The translations under genes were made by a program, and so were the position numbers. Below are positions 25,637 through 32,000 of a stretch of DNA of 32,000 bases, piece after piece. Numbering within the stretch: the first letter of the stretch is position 1; each line of letters begins with the position of its first letter. Below the pieces are notes generated by a model. That model was given only the letters and a program-made list of their open reading frames with translations. It did no database searches and had not been told where the DNA came from. The stretch comes from Halogeometricum borinquense DSM 11551 (lineage in GTDB: Archaea > Halobacteriota > Halobacteria > Halobacteriales > Haloferacaceae). Where the stretch lies: assembly GCF_000172995.2 (NCBI RefSeq), contig NC_014732.1, positions 120,001 to 152,000 of the forward strand, in the 5' to 3' direction.

Positions 25637-26425
25637 TCATCCGATCAAGGGTATCGCGTCGGACCACAACTGTTGAAACTGTCGCTCGAACTCGGCGACG
25701 ATATCGGTTTCTTTCACTCCCACGACTCCGAATCGGTCGGCTCCTCCCCGTGGATTTGGGATATCGATCATCGTCGTGGTTTGATCGATGATGTCGAAGG
25801 AAACCGGAATCTCCGGCAGCACGCTGATCGAGATGTCTACCGATTTCGATTTTACCAACTCCGGGAAGGTTTCAGGGAGCGTCGTTAGCACCTCGTCACT
25901 GAATATGAGCGAGACGCTGACGTCTGTCTGCATCGCGCCGAAGAACGCATCGAACTCCGACCGGAGCGTCTCCCACGATGCATGCTCGTAGGGTGGCCCT
26001 ACGGTGCCGCGTACGGAGCGAGTTGCAGTCTGGACGTGTTGCCGGATGGCAGTGTTCATCTCGTCGCTACCGAGTGTGCCAAGCCAGACACTGCCGTCGG
26101 CCGCTGGGGTTGGCGGTAGATTAGAGTGGATTGTCGCTGCCAGTTCGTGGTAGCGGTTCCATTCCCGTTGTAGTTCATCCGTTCGTTCGGCGAGCAGTCT
26201 GTCAACTGCGGTCTCGGGGTCTACGGCGATGTATCTCGTCGGATCAGTTGATTGACTTTGAATCAGTGTTCGGGCTTCGAGACCATTGAGAACATCGTAA
26301 ATGCGACCTTTGGGGACGCTACTGGCCGCTGATAGCTCCGTCGCTGTCGCCGTCCCGGTTACGAGGAGCGTCCGATAGACTTTCTCTTCGTAACTTGAGA
26401 GGCCCAGTTCGCTCAGCGCCGTCAT
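25637..26425 (-). CDS. TrmB family transcriptional regulator
   Basis: From ATG 26425: MTALSELGLSSYEEKVYRTLLVTGTATATELSAASSVPKGRIYDVLNGLEARTLI, the canonical TrmB N-terminal wHTH. Divergent from the SMR gene. Confidence 0.85.
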   Translation of the reverse strand: MTALSELGLSSYEEKVYRTLLVTGTATATELSAASSVPKGRIYDVLNGLEARTLIQSQSTDPTRYIAVDPETAVDRLLAERTDELQREWNRYHELAATIHSNLPPTPAADGSVWLGTLGSDEMNTAIRQHVQTATRSVRGTVGPPYEHASWETLRSEFDAFFGAMQTDVSVSLIFSDEVLTTLPETFPELVKSKSVDISISVLPEIPVSFDIIDQTTTMIDIPNPRGGADRFGVVGVKETDIVAEFERQFQQLWSDAIPLIG

Positions 26426-26561
26426 AGCGAACTGTCTCTCTGTTTTCAGTAAATATGTGTATGATACCGTTTCGACGTACCGGTTGCTGTACTTCCTGAA
26501 ACGGACCACAAGTGGTGCTATATTCCAATAACTCCATACTATCGTGGTTGGAGCATATTGT

Positions 26562-26894
26562 ATGAACCCCTATCTGTTGCTTGTCAGCGCAATCATCGCT
26601 GAAGTCATCGGAACGACCGCTCTCAGACTTTCGGAAGGGTTTTCGAAACCACTTCCCAGTTTGGGCGTCCTCCTCGGCTACGGGATTGCGTTCTATCTGG
26701 TTTCGCTGACCATGGAGGAACTCCCAATCGGCGTCGTGTACGGAACGTGGGCGGCGTTGGGAATCGTCGGCATCGCAGGAATCGGCATCGTGTTTTTTGA
26801 TGAGTCGATTGACCTCGCCGGTGTTCTTGGTATCCTCCTGATCGTTGTTGGTGTGTACTGTATCAATGTTGTTTCCGACGTATCTGTTCACTAA
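26562..26894 (+). CDS. SMR family small multidrug resistance transporter (EmrE/QacE-like)
   Basis: From ATG 26562: MNPYLLLVSAIIAEVIGTTALRLSEGFSK... with the conserved membrane Glu (AEV), a YAxWxGxG-like motif (VVYGTWAALGIVG), four TM segments and about 110 aa. Confidence 0.88.
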   Translation: MNPYLLLVSAIIAEVIGTTALRLSEGFSKPLPSLGVLLGYGIAFYLVSLTMEELPIGVVYGTWAALGIVGIAGIGIVFFDESIDLAGVLGILLIVVGVYCINVVSDVSVH

Positions 26895-27321
26895 TTGTCT
26901 CTTTTGATAGTACTATTTGTTTATATGGGTATAAATAGGCACGGTCAAGTATCATAGCTTGGCTATCTGGTCTTATATATGGTGTAACCACACTGACTGT
27001 ACTGGATAATGCTTCGGGACACATCTCTTTATTCGTTGAACGGGGGGATGAGAAGCGGTGTTAGCATTGGATAACCTGATCGCTCGGGTGGAACGCCCAC
27101 ACTCACCGAACTCAACTGGTTTTCCCTTCGATTGTCACTGTGCCATTTGTCTCGCGGTTGGAATGAGGGGACAGCGCGGACCCCCTCGAATCCACTTGTC
27201 TTTATTGAGGTAAAACAAAGTTCTGTACTGATGGTCTGAATCGTCCGAATTTAGACAGTAGCGCTGCAAAATACGCTGGTTCTACATTTTATAAATCATA
27301 TGTCGATATATCTATTTGTGA

Positions 27322-27343
27322 AGACTGGAAGTTGAGACTACAT
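27322..27343. repeat. Left terminal inverted repeat of the IS4-like element
   Basis: See the mobile_element entry; 18 of 22 positions match the reverse complement of 29247-29268. Confidence 0.6.
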
Positions 27344-27518
27344 CCAGTATAGAGGGCCTCTGATGCGTGGATGTAGCCGAACTGAGGAAGGGGAGTCGCT
27401 TCAATTCCCCGTCTCCACGCCGATTTATTCTAAAACACTAACTGGTTATGATACGCAGCAAGCATCAGGAGGGACCTGCTGCTCACCACCAGGGCGGACG
27501 TCGAAACGGGACGGTAGC

Positions 27519-29197
27519 CTACCCAATCCCTGTCTGCTTCTTCAACAGCGTCAAGACGCTATTTGCCGTCACCACTGGTGGCCGGTCGTATTCACCAGCC
27601 AATTCGACCTGCACGAGGAGATCAACTGACCTCCAGATCGAATACAATAGGCACGCGAATGCGAAGTAGAAGAACCGCAGCACGAAGTTCTTCGACGTCG
27701 TTGCGGCCATGAACCGCTTGATACTCTTGTAACCGCTCTCGATTTCCCAGCGCGACCCATATTTTCCGATAGCCTCGGTTTCGTAATTCGTCATGAACAC
27801 TGAGTACTGCCGATAGTCCGTGTGCTCAGAGTTCTCCTTCCGTCGATACACGAGAGTTGTCTCGTGCCACTCATCGTCTCCTAAATGCAGTCCACGGTCG
27901 ACCGATTGACGGTCAATATCGTGTTCGCACAATTGACGAGCTGTTTCCTTCTCGCTAGTCCGCATCCGCTTCGGAACTACGTACTGAAGTCTCCGAGAAG
28001 AAATCTCTTCTAAGACGTGCTGGCTATCGAACTCTCGATCCATCAAGACGTCGTCGACCATCACCATCTCTTCTGCCGAGTCGAGTAGGTCGCGCACTAT
28101 CTCAAGACGGGTATCGCCCTTCCGGACTGGCCTGGCGTCTAAGACCAACGGGACTGCATTACCCACAAGTTGGACCGTCGCCCATTGATACGCGTATTCA
28201 TCCGTCTTCTCCTTCGTCCCGATAATCTCACTCTCATGTCCCGCCCGGTCCCCGGTGAATGGGTCATCTTCTGTGATGTCGATTGCAACGGTTCCCGCAC
28301 GATAGAACTCGTTCGTCTCTGCGAGTCGGTCTATCAGCCGTCCAACGGCCTCACGATACATTCCTCGAACCTCCCCGATGGAGAGTTCTCGTAGGCTGGA
28401 TCGGTGAGTGTGACCCAGTGGTGTGCGTTCACGGTCGGATTCGAGTGTGAAGCTCCGTGCTCCCTCGTTCGCAGCGAGGTTCTCTCGGAGTCCGAGGTAC
28501 GTCTGGAGGTCCCAGAACGAGTTCGTGTGAATCTCTCTGGACTCACCTCGATGCAACGAGAACGAGGGATACGCGACTCTTTGAATTTCCTCGACGACCT
28601 TGTCTGTTTTCGAGAGTACTTCTTGGTCATTGAGAGCAGTATCCTCGTCGTTCTCGTCGAGACGGTTGATCGTCCGTGGGGGGCTTCGGGGGACATCTAC
28701 TCCAGCCATCTCCGCTTTGACGAGAATCGTTTGAGCAGCCTTCTGAATCGTCTCCTGAACTTCAGTAGTAAACCGTTGGTTCCACGTTCGCCACAGCGTC
28801 GACTGGTCGGGTAACGTCTCGGAGCCAAGTTGTTCACCGAGCGACGGACGCTGTTGGAGGTATTCGACGAGAGCGGTCTCGTGGCTCCAGCCGTGGAGTG
28901 CTTTGAGGAGAAACGCCCTGAACAATTGAGCCATCGGATACTGAGTCGAGACAGAATAGCGCGGTCGTGCGGGTCGAAGTCGATGTATTCGAGGGGATAG
29001 TGAACTACGAACGTCTCGACTGAGTCGTGAGCCTCGTGGTCGAACCATTCTGCTGCGACGGTTCTGATGTCTTCTGTGAGGCCTCCGAGTGAACTTCGGT
29101 CGTAGAGGGGTGTGGAAGAATAGGTCGGCCATGTCGAATACTCGTGCTGTGCGAGAGATCGGTAGACGTCGCGTCGAGAGAGTTGTGTGGAGGGCAT
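27519..29197 (-). pseudogene. DDE transposase (IS4 superfamily) split over two frames
   Basis: The protein-like N-terminal part lies in the frame starting at ATG 29197 (MPSTQLSRRDVYRSLAQHEYS...HYPLEYIDFDPHDRAILS). The remainder lies in the 27519..29132 frame from about ...VSTQYPMAQLFRAFLLKALHGWSHETALVEYL. DDE signature: VAIDITEDD, VLMDREFDS and YGSRWEIESGYKSIKRF. The frame change is equivalent to -1 and lies near 28935-28975. An alternative reading is two separate ORFs, with the transposase starting at ATG 28934. Confidence 0.6.
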
Positions 29198-29246
29198 AAT
29201 TCCTTACTATGGCTCAGAATTCAAGTAGATGACCGCAACGCTCGAA

Positions 29247-29268
29247 ATATAGTCGCATCTTCAAGTCT
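29247..29268. repeat. Right terminal inverted repeat of the IS4-like element
   Basis: See the mobile_element entry. Confidence 0.6.
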
Positions 29269-29363
29269 AAGTAATTCGTTGGATACATGCATCAAAGGCG
29301 TCCTATACCGGTGTCGTCCAACTCTCACGTTATCGGGAAGATTATAACAAACCAACATTTATT

Positions 29364-29576
29364 ATGAGTGTGGATAAAATGACCAGTATGTTAGAAGATC
29401 GTTTAACGAACCGAGGGAAGATAACTGCTGTATTTGTGTTGGGTACCGTTCTAGTTTTGTTGGGTATTGGACAACTGTTTGACTACGATCTATTATCGAT
29501 TCCCCCACTAATATATGCCACCTTGGGTGGATTTTTACTTTTATGGGGGATTCTTGAACTTTTTGTGAACCGTTGA
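29364..29576 (+). CDS. Hypothetical small membrane protein (70 aa, 2 TM)
   Basis: ATG start. Hydrophobic segments ITAVFVLGTVLVLLGIGQLF and PPLIYATLGGFLLLWGILELF. Low-G+C DNA immediately outside the IS end. Confidence 0.4.
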   Translation: MSVDKMTSMLEDRLTNRGKITAVFVLGTVLVLLGIGQLFDYDLLSIPPLIYATLGGFLLLWGILELFVNR

Positions 29577-29625
29577 ATTGAATCTGAAAAATACTGAAAA
29601 TGTGTTCTAAAAAATAACCAATTAG

Positions 29626-29952
29626 TTACTGAGATTCTACGTTTCGGTAGCCGACAGTAGGAAGAGGAGGAGCTGTGGATTGGACCTCTATGTGAACCCC
29701 ACATCCATCAGCTTTCAAATTGATTTCCCCCTTAACAACCAAGAGAGCTCCTGCAATCAGAGTTCCGACAGCGGGTGGTGTGCCAGCCTCAAGAACACCC
29801 CATTTATACAGAGCATCAGCAATAGCTGAAGCCCCTGCCCCGATATCGAACAGTGCATTCAAGTCATCGATATTTCCTTCGCTCAGCCAAATGTCGTACC
29901 TATTGTACACGCCATATATCTCATAAGCGTATCCAGACTTGTTGCACGTCAT
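29626..29952 (-). CDS. Hypothetical protein (108 aa) with a Gly/Ala-rich hydrophobic segment, coupled to the upstream Tat-signal ORF
   Basis: The ATG overlaps the upstream stop (ATGA at 29949-29952). Sequence MTCNKSGYAYEIYGVYNRYDIWLSEGN...AGTPPAVGTLIAGALLVVKG.... No signal peptide and no family recognised. Confidence 0.5.
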   Translation of the reverse strand: MTCNKSGYAYEIYGVYNRYDIWLSEGNIDDLNALFDIGAGASAIADALYKWGVLEAGTPPAVGTLIAGALLVVKGEINLKADGCGVHIEVQSTAPPLPTVGYRNVESQ

Positions 29953-30359
29953 TTATCCGATTCTCCGTTTTTGTTAGCTCTTTTTACTTCTGGGACTCCA
30001 TTTGAATTCACACTGGCGATTTTTAGTTCCCCAGACTCAATTTTCTCGTTGATTGCCCCAACTTGTAGTTGGATTTCTTGGAGAGTCACCAATTTGGCAC
30101 CTTCTGGTGCTTCAGGAAAGTCTGAGATGTCAAGTTCGTCAATTTCTTCCTGAGTCACATTCAACTTGACCTTGTTTCCTTGCGCCTTAATCCAGCCCTT
30201 TCCAACAGCAGAACTACCTTTGCGATCTTTTTGGGTTGATTCACTACCAGGGTCCGCACTGACTGCGCCCATAGACGCCAATCCAGCAATAGTGAGACCA
30301 CTCACTTCCATCAATGTTCTTCTACTGATCTTGTTTGGAGGTTTCATCCGATTGATCAT
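29949..30359 (-). CDS. Small Tat-exported, Lys-rich hypothetical protein (136 aa)
   Basis: Twin-arginine signal KISRRTLMEVSGLTIAGLASMGAVSA followed by DPGSESTQKDRKGSS.... The mature part is about 100 aa and rich in K, E and N. The ATG at 30359 lies 10 nt from the IS6 left end. Confidence 0.55.
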   Translation of the reverse strand: MINRMKPPNKISRRTLMEVSGLTIAGLASMGAVSADPGSESTQKDRKGSSAVGKGWIKAQGNKVKLNVTQEEIDELDISDFPEAPEGAKLVTLQEIQLQVGAINEKIESGELKIASVNSNGVPEVKRANKNGESDK

Positions 30360-30369
30360 ATTAGGAGAT

Positions 30370-30385
30370 AGGCACTGTCTAGTTA
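30370..30385. repeat. IS6 left inverted repeat
   Basis: AGGCACTGTCTAGTTA, a perfect match to the reverse complement of 31101-31116. Confidence 0.85.
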
Positions 30386-30420
30386 AGCCAGTTTGAGGAA
30401 CGAGCAGGTCGTTGAGTTAG

Positions 30421-31107
30421 TTGGTCAAGATGCTCGCAGACCTGCTCAGCGAGTGCTTTGAGACGGATTATGAAGAAACTTGGGAGCGTGAGCGGACGGC
30501 GACACCCGTCAGGGTGTTCGCCGTCCAGCTCCACGCGACCGGGTGTTCGCTTAGAGAGACAAAAGAAATTCTTCGAATACTCGGCGTTGAACGCTCTCAT
30601 CAAGCTGTTTGGCAGTGGGTACATCGACTGGCTGACAGCGGTCACAACCCGCCTGAGGCAACGCCGAAGCGGGTTGCGGTTGATGAGACCGCTGTCAAAA
30701 TCAACGGTGAGTGGTCTTGGTTGTACGCCGCAATAGACATCGAGACGAAGCTGATTCTCGATGTCGAGTTGTTTGGACGGCATGGTACCGATCCGGCTGC
30801 TGCGTTTCTCCATCGACTTTCCGAGAAACATGATCTCTCAGATGCTGTGTTTCTGGTTGATGGCTATGGCTATCAGACTGCCCTCTCTCGATTAGGATTG
30901 AGCGGTCGGCTTGACTACGTCGAGCGAAACCTCATCGAAAAATGGTTTCATACCCTCAAAATGCGAGTCGACCGCTTCCATAATTCGTGGGTGGGCAGTC
31001 ACGGAAGCGTCCGCGAGTGGTTCATACAATTTGCGCAATACTATAACTTTCAACGACCGCATCAATCGCTCAACGGACGTACGCCGGTTGAGGAGGTCAC
31101 TAACTAG
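30421..31107 (+). CDS. IS6 family DDE transposase
   Basis: 228 aa (TTG 30421; ATG at 30430). Residues VAVDETAVKINGEWSWLYAAID (D), FLVDGYGYQ (D), NLIEKWFHTLKMR (E) and the C-terminal YYNFQRPHQSLNGRTP are typical of IS6/IS26-like, haloarchaeal ISH14/ISH29-type transposases. Confidence 0.88.
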   Translation: MVKMLADLLSECFETDYEETWERERTATPVRVFAVQLHATGCSLRETKEILRILGVERSHQAVWQWVHRLADSGHNPPEATPKRVAVDETAVKINGEWSWLYAAIDIETKLILDVELFGRHGTDPAAAFLHRLSEKHDLSDAVFLVDGYGYQTALSRLGLSGRLDYVERNLIEKWFHTLKMRVDRFHNSWVGSHGSVREWFIQFAQYYNFQRPHQSLNGRTPVEEVTN

Positions 31108-31116
31108 ACAGTGCCT
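31101..31116. repeat. IS6 right inverted repeat
   Basis: TAACTAGACAGTGCCT. Confidence 0.85.
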
Positions 31117-31339
31117 TCTGCGTCGTGCCCTCTACTATGTGATCTTCTTTACTGGGACATTGCTGCTGGCCCTGGAGACATTAAATCGAATTTTCGCATC
31201 AATGTAGTCCAAGCCAGATACCATCCCTGAACTGCGAGGATATACTCAAAAAGAGAAAGTATAATATTTTCAACGAATAATTCAGGTAACGCTCAATCGT
31301 CGATCGAGTCCTCACTGTCATCCCTTGGAGCGCGTCATC

Positions 31340-31504
31340 GTGAAATCGAACTACCCGAAGATGGCGAGCGGATACAAGAAAGACGGCGAGTACAAGCGTG
31401 GATACAAGTACGCGACAATCACCTTCGTAGGAGATTACGCACCGATTGTTCTCGGATTTCACGGATTTGATGTCTTAGAGTATGTCGCTATCCATTTATT
31501 CTAA
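31340..31504 (+). pseudogene. Probable remnant of an IS4-superfamily transposase
   Basis: Manual translation: VKSNYPKMASGYKKDGEYKRGYKYATITFVGDYAPIVLGFHGFD.... The core resembles EKTDEYAYQWATVQLVGNAVPLVLDARPV of the transposase at 27519-29197 (pattern Y.[YW]AT[IV].[FL]VG...P[IL]VL). No start codon and no rest of the protein. Confidence 0.3.
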
Positions 31505-31745
31505 GTTTGAGATAGACGAGTCTATGGTGCGAATAGCAGAATCCGTTCAGGCAGTCGGCGCGTATATTCTCTCTTTATTTACTGCATTGATTGTAGCTAT
31601 GCTCGCCGGCGTTGTCGTTGGCGGAAACGCTGAGCCGAGAACAATCTCAAGGGCTGTTGTTGTTCTCGTGTTCTTCACGACTCTCATCGGATCGATGATA
31701 TTTCTCAAAAAGTATAAAAATGAGGTTTTCTCCACCTTTACTTGA
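31482..31745 (+). CDS. Hypothetical small membrane protein (87 aa, 2 TM)
   Basis: ATG start. Hydrophobic segments AVGAYILSLFTALIVAMLAGVVVGG and AVVVLVFFTTLIGSMIFL. Low-G+C accessory DNA. Confidence 0.4.
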   Translation: MSLSIYSKFEIDESMVRIAESVQAVGAYILSLFTALIVAMLAGVVVGGNAEPRTISRAVVVLVFFTTLIGSMIFLKKYKNEVFSTFT

Positions 31746-32000
31746 ATATCGGTCGTTCAGTCTCTGAGAACGTCATAGAACGCCTATCCAAGAGTCTATG
31801 TGTGAATGTGAGTCATTTGCACGTATGCTGAATCGTCTCTCGAAAGCCGTGGGAGGCGACGGTCCTGCAGGAAATTCAAACACCGTTACCAGATAGAGGA
31901 TGAACACAGCGCTCGTACTTGGGGGGTGTCTACGAATATCAAATCCGAGACAAATCGCGGAAAATACTGATCTCAGTCAAGGCGCACGATACTAACGCGT

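Larger units (their letters stand above)
27322..29268 (-). mobile_element. IS4-superfamily (ISH-type, DDE) insertion sequence, 1947 bp, transposase out of frame
   Basis: Imperfect terminal inverted repeats match at 18 of 22 positions: agactggaagttgagactacat (27322-27343) against the reverse complement of 29247-29268 (agacttgaagatgcgactatat). They enclose the transposase reading frames. No flanking direct repeat was seen (..ctatttgtga | aagtaattcg..). Confidence 0.65.
30370..31116 (+). mobile_element. IS6 family insertion sequence (747 bp)
   Basis: Perfect 16-bp terminal inverted repeats: AGGCACTGTCTAGTTA (30370-30385) and its reverse complement at 31101-31116. A single transposase gene fills the element, and its stop codon lies inside the right IR. 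The flanking 8-mers taggagat and tctgcgtc differ, so there is no target-site duplication. Confidence 0.85.

Noticed and set aside
27338-27376. Hairpin (ctacatcc ... ggatgtag) near the left end of the IS4-like element
   Set aside because: It lies within the IS subterminal region. It could be a transposase-binding or transcription-attenuating structure, but nothing in the sequence alone distinguishes it from chance.
31199-31462. 87-aa minus-strand ORF after the IS6
   Set aside because: It is in-phase antisense to a more protein-like plus-strand frame that resembles a transposase fragment. It has a GTG start and odd composition.
31900-31995. 31-aa ORF MNTALVLGGCLRISNPRQIAENTDLSQGARY, resembling the start of a wHTH regulator
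   Set aside because: It terminates after 31 codons just before the window end. It is too short and too uncertain to call; it may be a fragment or noise.
1-32000. Search for CRISPR arrays, tRNA or rRNA genes and long tandem repeats
   Set aside because: Scanning the intergenic regions by eye found no regularly spaced direct repeats, no cloverleaf-compatible segments and no rRNA-like stretches. The only tandem repeat seen is the 21-bp coding repeat at 13399-13447.

Overview
High-G+C DNA encoding acidic proteins, a halobacterial transducer and ISH-type insertion sequences, so this is most likely a haloarchaeal (class Halobacteria) replicon; the genus cannot be determined. Most of the window (1-10.4 kb and 13.1-26.9 kb) is ordinary housekeeping or accessory metabolism. 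It carries a fatty-acid/beta-oxidation gene set: two SDRs, two acyl-CoA dehydrogenases, an acyl-CoA synthetase and an APH-type kinase paired with an ACAD10/11-like dehydrogenase. It also carries a vapBC pair, an ABC transporter, a Zn-alcohol dehydrogenase, msrA, an MFS transporter, a tetR-MATE operon, an M50 protease and a trmB/SMR pair. Two patches look visibly lower in G+C by eye. Patch 1 (about 10.46-13.1 kb) holds the most interesting content: three co-directional genes encoding a 347-aa protein with a well-spaced R / S-x-S / E-x-E ADP-ribosyltransferase signature, a small orphan protein, and an apparently catalytically intact ADP-ribosylglycohydrolase. I interpret this as a candidate reversible ADP-ribosylation toxin/antidote, defence or regulatory module. 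Patch 2 (about 26.9-32.0 kb) is IS-rich. It contains a 1.95-kb IS4-superfamily element with a frameshifted transposase, a 747-bp IS6 element with perfect 16-bp inverted repeats and no target duplication, and a transposase remnant. It also contains an IS-bracketed pair of translationally coupled small genes, one of them Tat-exported. No rRNA, tRNA or CRISPR array was recognised. All calls rest on manual reading and motif recognition; no database search was possible.
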